From: Phycisphaeraceae bacterium
Lineage (GTDB): Bacteria > Planctomycetota > Phycisphaerae > Phycisphaerales > UBA1924
Assembly: GCA_019636535.1 (NCBI GenBank)
Contig: JAHBXK010000018.1
Location: forward strand, 2,120 to 66,119
Reading direction: 5' to 3'
Length of the DNA: 64,000 nucleotides
A program made the translations under genes and the position numbers. Below, one piece after another: positions 46,410-56,688 of the stretch (position 1 is its first letter; every line of letters starts with the position of its first letter). Under the pieces are notes generated by a model. That model was not told where the DNA came from. It saw only the letters and a list, made by a program, of their open reading frames with translations, and searched no databases.

Positions 46410-49259
46410 TCAGTTCGCGGCCGGCATATCACCTCCCGCCGCGCCCGCCTCGGGCTTGAGCGAGAAGGCAAAGCTGTTCTCCGGCTTGTAGTAGCGGGCA
46501 AACACCTCCCGCACACGCTCCGGCGTCAGGCTCTGATAGAACTCGTTCTCCGCGAGCGCCTCGTCCAGCGTCAGGTTGCGGTAGTTCAACTGTGCGCACA
46601 GGCCCGACCAGTACTGCGGCTGCTTGGTCCGCTCATCCCAGTCGTTGGCCAACTGACGCTTGGCCGTCTCGACCTCCTCGGCAGTCGGCCCATCGGTCGC
46701 GAACTCGCCGTACATCTCCGGCACCACCTCCAGCACTCGTGCCACCTTCCCAGGGTCGGTCGGCAGCAGCGCCATCATCGCGCTGAACCCCGGCCACGCC
46801 TGCGATGCACGCACGCCCGCACTCGGCGAGTACGCCAACTGCTCCTTCTCGCGCACGCGCTGCGTCATTCGCGAACGCATGATCTGCGACGCCATCCGCA
46901 TCGTGCGGAAGTTCTCAAGGTCCTCCGGGTCCGGCCCGAAAAAGCCCACGCACACCATCGCCTTGTCCGTCTTGGTCGCCAGCGTGGCGTCCTGCGTCAC
47001 CGGGCCGCGCGGCCGCTCGAGCGCACGCAGATCGTCCAGCGTCGAGCCCGACATCCGCTCACGCGCCGGCAGCGAGCCCAGGTACGCGAGCGCCAGCCGC
47101 TCCGCGTCCGACAGCGAGATATCGCCGACGATCGATACCTCGATCGGCGCACTCCGCACCGCGCCCTTCAGCCACGCCTGCGCGGCCTCCATCGTAATCC
47201 GCCGAACCTGATCCGCCGTCAGCATCTGCGTCCGCGCATCGCTCGTCGGGTACGTCGCCTTCGTCATCATCTCGAAGAACGCCGCCTGCGGATCGGTCCT
47301 GCGGGCCTCGATCGCCTGCAACTGCCCTTCGCGCCACTGCTCAAGCGCTGCCCCCTCGATCCGCGGATCGGTCAGCAGCAGGTGCGCCAACTGCATGCCC
47401 GTCTCCAGGTCCGCCGGGCTGCCCGAAACCGACAGGGTCATCGCGTCGATGCCCGCCGAGCCGCCCACCGACACCTTCTTCCCCGTCATCAAGTCCCGGA
47501 TGTTCGTGCTGCTCAGCGACCCCGTCGCCGGCCTCGACCATGCCAGCCCCGCAACCTCCGCCACGCCGCGCTCGTGCTGGCCCTCGTTGATCGTTCCGGC
47601 CGCGAGCGTGATGGTCACACCCACCTGGTCCTTGCGGATGTCCATGAACCGATGACGCACCGTCACGCCGTTCCCCAGCACCAGCGTCGTCACCTCGCTC
47701 GGCTGGTGCGTGCTCCGCTCGAGCACCTTCCCAGGCTCCGGCGCGGAGGCCATCAGCGAGTCCGGCCGAGCCTCCTCAACCTCCGCCGCCGGCGTCACCG
47801 CCAGCGCCTCAGCGCCCAGCCGCGTCAGCCGGGTTTCGTCGGGCACCTCGACGCCGACCGAAGGCAGTTCGGCGACGAAGATCACGTTGTCGATGTCGAA
47901 GTTCGACTTGAACGCCGACGAGACCTCCTCGGCGCCGATCGTCGGCAGAAGCCGCCGCAGCGCTTCCAACTGCTGCGTCGCCGACATCAGCGGCTCGCCC
48001 ACCGCCACGTTCGCGTTCATCTGCTGCAGCACCACCCGCGCCGGCAGCGTGCTCTCCTGCTCAACGAACCGCTCAGCGCTCGAGATCAACTGCGTCTTGA
48101 CGTCCTCGATCTCCCTCGCCGTGAAGCCGTGCAGCCGCGCACGCTGCAAATCCTCGCCCAGTTCCGCGAGCAGTTTGGGCCAATCCTCCGGCTTGCCGTT
48201 CGCTTCGACGCTCACCTGCCGCAGCGTGCTGAAGTAGTCGCTGATCGACGCGCTCGCCGAGAGATACGCCGTCCCGCCACGGTTGAGTTTCGCACCCATC
48301 CGCCGGTTAAAAGCCCGCTCACCCAGCGACTCGACAAGGTTTGCCCGCATCGCTTCGTACGTCGTCACCGCCGACCGCGCCCGGTCGACCCGAAGGATCG
48401 ACACCGACGCCTGCGTCAGTTCCGGGTCGGTCGCGATGATCGCCGACCGCCCGCGCGTGGGCGACACGTTCGCGTCCCGATCGACCGGCCGGGGCACGTT
48501 CTCGCCGAACTCGAAGTTCTGTCGGATCCGCTCGACGATCTTCGCGGGATCCTCGTCCGCCACGACCATCAACGTCATGTTGCTCGGAACGTACCACCGA
48601 GAGTAATACTCGCGGAACTCGTTCTCCCCCATCGAGAGCAGCGTCTCCTCGACGCCGATCGGCAGCCGCACGCCGATCGTCGAGCCCGGCGCGATCCTCT
48701 CCAGGATGTACTCCTGCACACGCTGCCGTGCGCTCGAACGCGCCCGCTTCTCCTCCAAGATGATCTGCCGCTCCTCCTCGATCTCCTCGGGCAGCAGCAG
48801 CATCCGACCCGCCACGTCCGCGAAGAACGTCAGACCCTTGTCCAGTGTCTTCTCGCCCGTATCCGGAAAACTCAACTGGTACGTTGTTTGGTCGAAACTC
48901 GTGAACGCGTTCTGGTGCTGCCCGAAGTTCAGCCCCATCTCCTCGAAGAACTTGATCACCGTCCCCGGCGGGAAGTTCTCCGTGCCGTTGAAGGCCATGT
49001 GCTCCAGATAGTGCGCCAAGCCGCGCTGCGCATCCGTCTCGTTCAGCGAGCCTGTCGAGACGTGCAGCCACATGTTCGCCCGTCCGGGCGGGTTACCGTG
49101 CCGGCGCACGATGTACGCCATCCCGTTCGGCAGCGTCCCCTGCACCAGTTTCTCATCCGTCGGCAGGGGTTGTGCATGCAGTGACGTTGCGGTCATGCCG
49201 GTTGCCAGAATCATGCTCATCGTGAAAATCGAACGCGTTGAACGAGACAGGCCCTTCAT
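46410..49259 (-). CDS. M16-family (pitrilysin/insulinase-like) zinc peptidase, double-length
   Basis: Signal peptide, inverted zinc motif HYLEHMAFNGTENF (HxxEH), and four M16 half-domains in about 950 aa. ATG at 49259. Confidence 0.88.
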   Translation of the reverse strand: MKGLSRSTRSIFTMSMILATGMTATSLHAQPLPTDEKLVQGTLPNGMAYIVRRHGNPPGRANMWLHVSTGSLNETDAQRGLAHYLEHMAFNGTENFPPGTVIKFFEEMGLNFGQHQNAFTSFDQTTYQLSFPDTGEKTLDKGLTFFADVAGRMLLLPEEIEEERQIILEEKRARSSARQRVQEYILERIAPGSTIGVRLPIGVEETLLSMGENEFREYYSRWYVPSNMTLMVVADEDPAKIVERIRQNFEFGENVPRPVDRDANVSPTRGRSAIIATDPELTQASVSILRVDRARSAVTTYEAMRANLVESLGERAFNRRMGAKLNRGGTAYLSASASISDYFSTLRQVSVEANGKPEDWPKLLAELGEDLQRARLHGFTAREIEDVKTQLISSAERFVEQESTLPARVVLQQMNANVAVGEPLMSATQQLEALRRLLPTIGAEEVSSAFKSNFDIDNVIFVAELPSVGVEVPDETRLTRLGAEALAVTPAAEVEEARPDSLMASAPEPGKVLERSTHQPSEVTTLVLGNGVTVRHRFMDIRKDQVGVTITLAAGTINEGQHERGVAEVAGLAWSRPATGSLSSTNIRDLMTGKKVSVGGSAGIDAMTLSVSGSPADLETGMQLAHLLLTDPRIEGAALEQWREGQLQAIEARRTDPQAAFFEMMTKATYPTSDARTQMLTADQVRRITMEAAQAWLKGAVRSAPIEVSIVGDISLSDAERLALAYLGSLPARERMSGSTLDDLRALERPRGPVTQDATLATKTDKAMVCVGFFGPDPEDLENFRTMRMASQIMRSRMTQRVREKEQLAYSPSAGVRASQAWPGFSAMMALLPTDPGKVARVLEVVPEMYGEFATDGPTAEEVETAKRQLANDWDERTKQPQYWSGLCAQLNYRNLTLDEALAENEFYQSLTPERVREVFARYYKPENSFAFSLKPEAGAAGGDMPAAN

Positions 49260-49415
49260 CTTCGACTCCGTTTGAATCTGCGCAGATCGACACCAACACC
49301 GTTCCGGCCGACCGCGCCCGCGAGAACCAACCGAACTTTGCCCCACGCCATCCGCACGATATACCGATCAGAAGCCGCTTCGGTGCGTTGCCGACCGAGC
49401 CCCAAGCGAATCCGC

Positions 49416-50144
49416 TCATCCCTGCGAACCCACATTCCCCCCGTTATCCCCTTTCCCGGCACCCCCAGCACCCCCCGACCGCCTCACGATCTCCGCCGCC
49501 AACCGCTCCGCCAGCGCCCGATCGTCCTCGTCCGCAACCGCGTACTGCCACCCAAACCCCCGCGCCTCCAACTCCGTGTCCCGAAAGTAACTCGACATCC
49601 GAACGCTCGTCGTGTCCACCCTCCGCCCAGGCCGGTTCATCCGCTCCACGATCACCCGAACACGCATCGTCACCGGCCCCTCGTGAGCGCGAAGGTCCCC
49701 CGGCATGAGTTCATCGTGCTCCCGACCCTCCGGCGCAAACGTGATCCGCACCGTCCGCTGCTGACGGTTCGCAAAGTCCGACAGTTCCTGCTCGAACGTG
49801 CTCTGATCGCGGTGCCACGGCGTCACGATCCCCGCCGTCGTCTTCGGACGCGTCGTGATAACCCCCGACGCCGCGTCCACCCGCTCCAACATGTACCCAT
49901 TGTCGCGCAGCGTCTCCCGTGCCACCGCGAACGCCCCACCCTCCGCCGAGTACACGCCCGACCCGATCGAGCGCTCCGCGACCAGACGAACCTCGGCCCC
50001 CTCCGAATTCGCATCCGCTGCGCTCGACGATCCCGACGAGCACCCCATCAACGCCGACGCGCCCGCCACCAACAGCGCTGCGCACCCCAACGCGCACCCC
50101 GCCCGAACGCGCACACCACTCAGTCCGACCTGATTCGCTCCCAC
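49416..50144 (-). CDS. Hypothetical lipoprotein
   Basis: GCAALLVAGASALMGCSSG signal peptide and lipobox, with a Gly-rich C-terminus. No family recognised. Confidence 0.55.
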   Translation of the reverse strand: MGANQVGLSGVRVRAGCALGCAALLVAGASALMGCSSGSSSAADANSEGAEVRLVAERSIGSGVYSAEGGAFAVARETLRDNGYMLERVDAASGVITTRPKTTAGIVTPWHRDQSTFEQELSDFANRQQRTVRITFAPEGREHDELMPGDLRAHEGPVTMRVRVIVERMNRPGRRVDTTSVRMSSYFRDTELEARGFGWQYAVADEDDRALAERLAAEIVRRSGGAGGAGKGDNGGNVGSQG

Positions 50145-50206
50145 GTTGCGCTCCCGCGGACCGCCACGGCCCGTCCAACCTCGATCCTCGCCGAGTTCCC
50201 GACATC

Positions 50207-51793
50207 TCAGGATACCGCGCCCGCCGCTTCCTCAAGCAACCGCCACACCTCACGCACGTGCCGCTCCTCCACCCCAGGCGAGCCGATGCTCACGCGAATC
50301 ACCACCCGCCCCCTCCCCGGCTCCGCCATGCCCTCAGGCAACGCCGTGTGAATCAGCAACGCCCGCCCGCTCGCGTTCACCCGCTCCACGATCCACCTCG
50401 CCCGCTCATCAACTCCCTCCGCCTTCTCCCCCGCCCGTGCCCGAGGCCGCAGGCACACCAGCCCGAACCGCCGCTCGCCCACCGGTTCAAACCGCTCACT
50501 CGCGGCCACCAGCCCTTCCAGCATCCCCGCCAAGCGCACGTGCCCGCGAATGTGCGCTCGCAGCCCCTCCAGCCCGTAGTGCCGCATCACGAACCACAAC
50601 TTCAACGACCGGAACCGCCTCCCCAGCGGCACATGCCAATCCCGATAGTCCACCACGGGAAACCCATCCCCCTCCTCTCCATCCTCCCGCCCGTTCCGCA
50701 GATACGCCGGCCGGATCGCCATCGAACCAGTCAGCGACCGCCGATCCCGCGTCCAGAAGCAATCGCAGTCGAAGTTGGTCAACAGCCACTTGTGCGGATT
50801 GACGCAGAAACTGTCCGCCCGTTCCAGCCCCGCGTTCATCCACCGAAACTCCGGGCACACCATCGCGCACCCCGCATACGCCGCATCCACGTGCAGCCAC
50901 GGCCGTGCTGACCCCCGCGCTCCCCCCACTCCCTCCATCGCCCCGTCAATCGCCCGCGCCACGCCCTCCACATCATCCACCGCCCCCGTCCCCGTCGTCC
51001 CCAGCGTTGCGCACACGAACACCGGCTTCAGCCCCGCGCGCACATCCCGCTCCATCGCCTCCCGCAGCAACTCCGTCCGCATCGCCCCCGTTCCATCCAC
51101 CGCAATCAACCGCACGCGCGAGCGGTCGTTCGCGTCGTGCGCCAGCCCCGCCACCATCGCCGCCTTCATCACCGACGAGTGCGCCTGCTCCGACGTGTAC
51201 GCAACCACGCGCTCCGTCCGCCGCGCTTCCCCCGCCATCGCCTCCAGCACGCGCCACCGTCCCGCCACCAACGCCGACAGCGTCGCCTCGCTCGCCGTCC
51301 CCTGTATCACCCCACCACCCCCACCTCCCCCCTCACTCCCCATCGTCCCCGAAAACGTGAAACTCCCCGGCAGCCCCAGCCACTCGGCCAACCAGTCCAA
51401 AACCCGCATCTCCACTTCCGTGCAAGACGGGCTCGTCGCCCACAACATCCCGATCACCCCAAGCCCCGAGCACAACAGGTCCCCCAGCACGCCCGGATAC
51501 GAAGTGCTCGCCGGAAAGTACCCGAAGAACGACGGATGCTGCCAGTGCGTCAGCCCCGACAGCACCGGCCCGTCCTCCCCCATCGCATCCTTCAAGATCG
51601 CGTCCCAGCCCTCCGACCGCTCCGGCGCATGCTCGGGCATCCGCGCGAAGATCTCCCCCGGCCGAACCTCCGCCCGCACACGCCGAGTCTCGAGCGTCGA
51701 CAGGTACCCCGCGATGAAGTCGAGAATCTCCCCGCCCCTGCGGCGAAACTCCTCCGGATCCATGTGCGGGACGTGTTCGTTGTTTGCTGGCAC
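50207..51793 (-). CDS. PLP-dependent group II decarboxylase (aromatic-L-amino-acid/tyrosine decarboxylase-like)
   Basis: HWQHPSFFGYFPASTSYPGVLGDLL, WATSPSCTEVE, GGGVIQGTASEATL, and SFCVNPHKWLLTNFDCDCFW (PLP-lysine motif NPHKW). Confidence 0.88.
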   Translation of the reverse strand: MPANNEHVPHMDPEEFRRRGGEILDFIAGYLSTLETRRVRAEVRPGEIFARMPEHAPERSEGWDAILKDAMGEDGPVLSGLTHWQHPSFFGYFPASTSYPGVLGDLLCSGLGVIGMLWATSPSCTEVEMRVLDWLAEWLGLPGSFTFSGTMGSEGGGGGGGVIQGTASEATLSALVAGRWRVLEAMAGEARRTERVVAYTSEQAHSSVMKAAMVAGLAHDANDRSRVRLIAVDGTGAMRTELLREAMERDVRAGLKPVFVCATLGTTGTGAVDDVEGVARAIDGAMEGVGGARGSARPWLHVDAAYAGCAMVCPEFRWMNAGLERADSFCVNPHKWLLTNFDCDCFWTRDRRSLTGSMAIRPAYLRNGREDGEEGDGFPVVDYRDWHVPLGRRFRSLKLWFVMRHYGLEGLRAHIRGHVRLAGMLEGLVAASERFEPVGERRFGLVCLRPRARAGEKAEGVDERARWIVERVNASGRALLIHTALPEGMAEPGRGRVVIRVSIGSPGVEERHVREVWRLLEEAAGAVS

Positions 51794-51945
51794 CAGAACA
51801 GGCTAGGACGTATGCTGAACGTACGGATCAGCACCCCGGCGTTGCTCCGGCAACCCCGCAGGAGCCGATTGGTCCTTTCGTCCTGATCGCCGACGACCCA
51901 ACCCCGACACCGTTCACACTCTCGTGGGGCAAGCGGAGGCCGGAC

Positions 51946-52506
51946 ATGTCCAAGACCGCGCTCATCGTCATCGCAGAAGGCACCGAGGAGATCGAGGCCA
52001 TCACCCCGGCCGATGTCCTCAGCCGCGCGGGCGTCGACGTCACCGTCGCCGCCGTCGGTTCCGTCGAACTCCGAGGAGGGCACGGCATCCCGCTTCGCGC
52101 GGAAATGCTCGTCGAAGACTGCGGCACCATCCTCTTCGACGCCCTCATCATCCCCGGCGGCGGCCGCGGAGCCGAGGTGCTCAGCAAAAGCCAGTGGGTC
52201 ACCGACGCCATCCGCCGCCACTTCGAGGCCGGCAAGATCGTCGCCGGCATCTGCGCCTCTCCCGCCGTCGTCCTCGCCCCCACCGGCATCCTCACCGGCA
52301 AGCACGCCACCTGCTTCCCCGGCCTTGAGCGACGGTTCCCCTCCGACGTCACCGCCTGCGACACCACCGTCGTCGTCGACGGCAACCTCGTCACCAGCCG
52401 CGGACCCGGCACCGCAATGGAGTTCTCACTCCGCCTCGCCGAACTGCTCAGCGGCGCGCAGCGCGCCATCGAGGTCGGCCACCGCATGATCGTGCCGAAC
52501 ATGTAG
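51946..52506 (+). CDS. DJ-1/PfpI-family protein (YajL/DJ-1 type)
   Basis: ALIVIAEGTEEIEA, LIIPGG, nucleophile elbow AGICASPAVVL, and VVVDGNLVTSRGPGTAMEF. Confidence 0.88.
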   Translation: MSKTALIVIAEGTEEIEAITPADVLSRAGVDVTVAAVGSVELRGGHGIPLRAEMLVEDCGTILFDALIIPGGGRGAEVLSKSQWVTDAIRRHFEAGKIVAGICASPAVVLAPTGILTGKHATCFPGLERRFPSDVTACDTTVVVDGNLVTSRGPGTAMEFSLRLAELLSGAQRAIEVGHRMIVPNM

Positions 52507-52570
52507 CGACACGCGCTCGTGCGCCCATCAGCCACCTCTTCGCGCCCCCACGCCGCCTCTACCATCCGAC

Positions 52571-54322
52571 GTGAGCAGCACCAGCACCCACGTCGTCACG
52601 CGCTTCGCGCCCTCTCCCACCGGCCACCTCCACATCGGCGGCGTCCGAACCGCCCTCTTCAACTGGGCCTTCGCTCGAAAGCACGCCGGCTCCTTCCTCC
52701 TCCGCATCGAAGACACCGACCAGGCCCGCTCCAGCGAGTCCTCCACACGCGGAATCCTCGAAGACCTCGCCTGGTGCGGCATCGACTGGGACGAAGGCCC
52801 CGAGTTCATCGACGAGATCGGCCGCCCCATCGGCGGAGACCCGCGCTCCGTCGGCTCCTTCTTTCAATCCAAGCGCCTCGACCTCTACAACCGCGTCATC
52901 GACGAGATGATCGAGCGCGACCTGGCCTACCCCGCCTTCGACACCCCCGACCAACTCGCCGCGCTCCGCAAGGAGGCCGACGCGGGCAAACAGTCATTCC
53001 GCTACAAGCGATCCCCCTCCTACGACCGCACCAAGGCCCTCGAACGCATGCGCGCCGGCGAGCCGTGCGTCGTCCGATTCCACAACCCCGACAAGGTCGT
53101 CCGCGTCGTCGACGAGGTCCTCGGCGACATCCACTTCCAGCCCGAGCACACCGACGACTTCGTCCTCCGCAAGGCCGACGGCTTCCCCACCTACCACTTC
53201 GCCGTCGTCGTCGACGACCAGCACATGGGCGTCACCCACATCCTCCGCGGCCAGGAGCACCTGAACAACACCCCGCGCCACGTCGCGCTCCAGATCGCCC
53301 TGGGTTACCGAACCCCCGTCTTCGCCCACCTCCCACTCATCTTCAACGCCGACGGCTCCAAGATGAGCAAACGCGACAAGGACAAGGCCGCGCGAGAAGC
53401 GTGCAACAAAGCCCTAATCTCCGCCGAGATGATCGCCGAGATGTTGACGATCGTCGAGCCGCCGATCGTGGCTGACGAGGTTCGCCAATGGCAGAGTGAC
53501 AAGAGGCGGGGGCTCAGTGCCGATGCACTCCGCGTGCTCAGCGCACGCATCAACATCACTCTCCCCGAGATCGACGTCGAAGACTTCCGCCGCGCAGGCT
53601 ACCTCCCCGACGTCATTTGCAACTACATGGCCCTCCTCGGCTGGAACCCCGGCCAGAAGAACCCCGACGGCACCGACCTCGAGAAGTTCGACCCCGCCTT
53701 CCTCGCCGCCAACTTCTCCCTCGACCGCATCGGCAAAACCAACTCACGCTTCGACCGCGCCAAACTCGCCAGTTTCAACCAGTCCGCCATCGCCGCCATG
53801 CCCGACGCCGAGTTCGCCGAACGCTTCCGCGACTGGTGCGACGTCTACGACCCCTCCATCCTCTCACGCTTCGACGCCGCACGCCTCGACCTCCTCTGCA
53901 CCGCCGCCAAGCCGCGCGTCAAAACCCTCTCCGAAGTCGCCTCACCCGTCGGCCCAGTCGGCTTCGCCTTCATCCCCGACCACGCCGTCGCCTTCGACCA
54001 CGCCGCCGTCGACAAGGCCCTCAAGAAACCCGTCGATTCCACCACCCACGGCGTCACCACCGGCGCAGCGCTCCTCCGCGACTTCGCCTCCGAACTCGCC
54101 GCACTCGACCCCTTCACGGCCGAAGCGATCGAGTCCTCCCTCAAGGCCTTCACCGAATCCCACGGCGTCAAAGTCGGCTCGATCGCCCAAGCCATCCGCG
54201 TCGCCGTCACCGGTTCCACCGTCAGCCCCGGCATCGGCCAGACCCTCGCCATCCTCGGCCTCGACTCCTGCAAGTCCAGAATCGACCGGTGCTTACGTGA
54301 AGTCAGCGTCGCCGTCGCCTAG
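52571..54322 (+). CDS. gltX: Glutamate--tRNA ligase
   Basis: RFAPSPTGHLHIGGVRTALFNW (HIGH), LLRIEDTD, FPTYHFAVVVDD and GSKMSKRD (KMSKS). It has an insertion of roughly 75 aa after KMSKS. GTG start at 52571. Confidence 0.93.
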   Translation: MSSTSTHVVTRFAPSPTGHLHIGGVRTALFNWAFARKHAGSFLLRIEDTDQARSSESSTRGILEDLAWCGIDWDEGPEFIDEIGRPIGGDPRSVGSFFQSKRLDLYNRVIDEMIERDLAYPAFDTPDQLAALRKEADAGKQSFRYKRSPSYDRTKALERMRAGEPCVVRFHNPDKVVRVVDEVLGDIHFQPEHTDDFVLRKADGFPTYHFAVVVDDQHMGVTHILRGQEHLNNTPRHVALQIALGYRTPVFAHLPLIFNADGSKMSKRDKDKAAREACNKALISAEMIAEMLTIVEPPIVADEVRQWQSDKRRGLSADALRVLSARINITLPEIDVEDFRRAGYLPDVICNYMALLGWNPGQKNPDGTDLEKFDPAFLAANFSLDRIGKTNSRFDRAKLASFNQSAIAAMPDAEFAERFRDWCDVYDPSILSRFDAARLDLLCTAAKPRVKTLSEVASPVGPVGFAFIPDHAVAFDHAAVDKALKKPVDSTTHGVTTGAALLRDFASELAALDPFTAEAIESSLKAFTESHGVKVGSIAQAIRVAVTGSTVSPGIGQTLAILGLDSCKSRIDRCLREVSVAVA

Positions 54323-54392
54323 CCATTCCCGCCCCCCCCAAACCTCGCTTGTCCACACGACTCCCACCGCAATAGTAACCCAAACAAATTCC

Positions 54393-54421
54393 TTGCATAC
54401 AAGTACGGCTTCTGTTAGTTT
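54393..54421 (+). promoter_or_regulatory. Sigma70-like promoter candidate (TTGCAT-17 nt-TAGTTT) ending 6 nt before ATG 54428
   Basis: ttgcat at 54393-54398, a 17-nt spacer, and tagttt at 54416-54421. The ATG of the next gene is at 54428, so the transcript would be leaderless or nearly so. Confidence 0.25.
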
Positions 54422-54427
54422 GGCGGG

Positions 54428-55333
54428 ATGCCTCCCCTCGCCACCACCCCTCCCTCGACCCGCCGCCAACCTCTCCGCACCCCGTTCCTCCTTTACGCGC
54501 TCCTCGCGGCCACCCTCTCGGCCTGCGTCAACGTCACCGCCGTCCGCGACTTCGCCCTCCACGCCGCCGCCGTCACGCAGGACGCCACCGTCTCGCGCCT
54601 CGGCCCCGAGTCCGTCGAGCGCTCCCTCGCCCTCGCCCACGCCTCTCCGAGCGCCGACGCACTCCGCGAAACGCTCGAAGCCGCCCGCCGCGACTCCGCA
54701 CGCGCACAGGCCATCCAGCGCATTGTCACCGAGTACTTCCTCTCCGTTGCCCGCCTCGCCGACGACCAACGCATCGAGTTCGACAGCGAACTGCTCGCCT
54801 TCACCGACGCCGCGGCGGGGGTCGGCGTGCTCCGCAACCAGCGCGACGCCGCCGCCACGCGCTCCATCCTCAACCTCATCGCCCGCGCGGCCACCGACGC
54901 CCACCGACGCGCCCGCCTCGCCGAAGTAATCCGCACCGCCGACGAGCCCCTCGCCCACCTCCTCGATGCACTGACCGAACTCGCCGAGCGCGGCACGCTC
55001 AGCGCCCTCGACGACGAATCCGCACTCGCCGAACTCGCCTTCGGCACCACCGAGCGCGAAGCACGCGACTCACTCGAGCCCGCGCGCGCTAATCACACCG
55101 CCTCAACACTCCGCACGCTCCGCCGCGAGCACGCGCGAACGCAGGAAGCACGCAGCGCCTTCCTCCGCGCCCACGTCGCGGCCCTCCGCGAAATCCGCGA
55201 AGCCCATGCCCTCCTCGCACGCGACGCCGCAACCACCGGCCCGCGCGAACTCGCCGCCTTCCTCCGCCCACACCTCGAACGCCTCGAGACCCTCCTCACA
55301 CGCATGCGCGCTGCGCCCGCCCTGGCCATGTGA
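54428..55333 (+). CDS. Hypothetical all-alpha lipoprotein
   Basis: LLYALLAATLSAC lipobox. The Ala/Arg/Leu/Glu-rich sequence looks helical. No family recognised. Confidence 0.55.
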   Translation: MPPLATTPPSTRRQPLRTPFLLYALLAATLSACVNVTAVRDFALHAAAVTQDATVSRLGPESVERSLALAHASPSADALRETLEAARRDSARAQAIQRIVTEYFLSVARLADDQRIEFDSELLAFTDAAAGVGVLRNQRDAAATRSILNLIARAATDAHRRARLAEVIRTADEPLAHLLDALTELAERGTLSALDDESALAELAFGTTEREARDSLEPARANHTASTLRTLRREHARTQEARSAFLRAHVAALREIREAHALLARDAATTGPRELAAFLRPHLERLETLLTRMRAAPALAM

Positions 55334-55376
55334 TCCCACTTCTCAACGCCGCATCTCCACACCCAAGGCACCCACC

Positions 55377-55769
55377 ATGAACCCCATCACCTCCCCGCAG
55401 GCCTTCGACCTCGCCGACGGCTTCCGCCGATCCGGCGAGTCGCTCACCCGCAGACTCCTCGAGTCCTGGTCCGACCTCACCCCCGACGAGCGACGCACCA
55501 TGCAGGAACAGGCCGAGCAACTCCTCGCGCTCGCCGTCTCCACGCGCGCCCGCGCCATGGGCCTCGTCCTCGACGGCGCTGAGACGAGCCTGACCGCCCT
55601 CCGCCGCGCCACATCCCGCGCCAACGCCGCCATCCGCTCCGCCGAGTCCGCCCGCCAATCCATCCGCACCGCCGCGGCCGTCCTCACCCTCGCCGGGGCC
55701 GTCGCGTCGCAGCGCCCCGCCGCCGTGGTTGGGGCGCTCGTCGATCTCACCGACCTGCTCGACGCCTGA
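55377..55769 (+). CDS. Hypothetical protein (130 aa)
   Basis: ATG at 55377 within the ORF 55206-55769. Helical composition with a C-terminal hydrophobic stretch (AAAVLTLAGAVA). Confidence 0.45.
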   Translation: MNPITSPQAFDLADGFRRSGESLTRRLLESWSDLTPDERRTMQEQAEQLLALAVSTRARAMGLVLDGAETSLTALRRATSRANAAIRSAESARQSIRTAAAVLTLAGAVASQRPAAVVGALVDLTDLLDA

Positions 55770-55809
55770 TCCGCCCATTCCCGCCCATCGCGCACGCCCT
55801 CGCTGTACC

Positions 55810-56688
55810 ATGCTCCGCCGAGCACGCCAGCGACGCCGAGCCGTGAGCACCCCAACCACCCAACCCCACCCCACCCCTCTTCCGCTCTCGGTCGCCATCG
55901 TCTGCAAGGACAACGAGCGCACCATCGGCCGCACGCTCGACTCGATCCACGGCCTCGCGGCCGAGATCGTCGCCATCGACTCCGGCTCCACCGACCGCAC
56001 CATCGACCTTCTCGAGTCCCGCTCCGCCCGCGTCATCCGCCACGACTGGCTCGGCCACGTCCGCACCAAGCAACTCGCCCTCGACGCGTGCGCTCAGCCG
56101 TGGGTGCTCTGCCTCGACTCCGATGAATCCCTCCTTCCCCCACTGCGCGACGCCCTGACCGCCGCCCTGCGCTCGCCCGAAGCCGCCGACCCCACCTCCC
56201 GCCTCAACGGCTTCATACTCAACCGCAAGACCTTCTACCGCGGCGCACCCCTGAACCACGCCTGGCAACCCGAGCCGCGCCTCCGCCTCGTCCGCCGCGG
56301 CTGCGCCCGCTGGGGCGGGCTCGACCCGCACGACAAACTCGAACTGACCTCCGGCCGAAGCGCTCCGCTCCCAGGCGACCTGCGCCACGACTCCTTCGAG
56401 TCCTTCGCCGAGCATCTCCGCAAGCAGTGGTCGCACGCCTCGACGATGGCGCGGTCGCTGCACGCGTCGGGCGTGCGTGGGTCGCGCGCGTCCCTGCTCG
56501 TCTCGCCGACGGGCGCCTTCTTCAAACAACTCCTCCTCAAGCGAGGCTTCCTCGACGGTCTCCCCGGCTGGCTCGCCGCCGCATCCGCCGCATCCGCCGC
56601 CCTCACCAAGCACGCCGTCCTGCTCGAGTTGTCATCCGCCCCGTCCGCGCAAGCCGATCCCACCCCACGCCAAGGGGGCCCATCGTGA
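55810..56688 (+). CDS. Family 2 glycosyltransferase
   Basis: LSVAIVCKDNERTIGRTLDSI ... VAIDSGSTDRT ... CLDSDE (DxD) is a typical GT-A/GT2 N-terminal fold. Confidence 0.85.
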   Translation: MLRRARQRRRAVSTPTTQPHPTPLPLSVAIVCKDNERTIGRTLDSIHGLAAEIVAIDSGSTDRTIDLLESRSARVIRHDWLGHVRTKQLALDACAQPWVLCLDSDESLLPPLRDALTAALRSPEAADPTSRLNGFILNRKTFYRGAPLNHAWQPEPRLRLVRRGCARWGGLDPHDKLELTSGRSAPLPGDLRHDSFESFAEHLRKQWSHASTMARSLHASGVRGSRASLLVSPTGAFFKQLLLKRGFLDGLPGWLAAASAASAALTKHAVLLELSSAPSAQADPTPRQGGPS

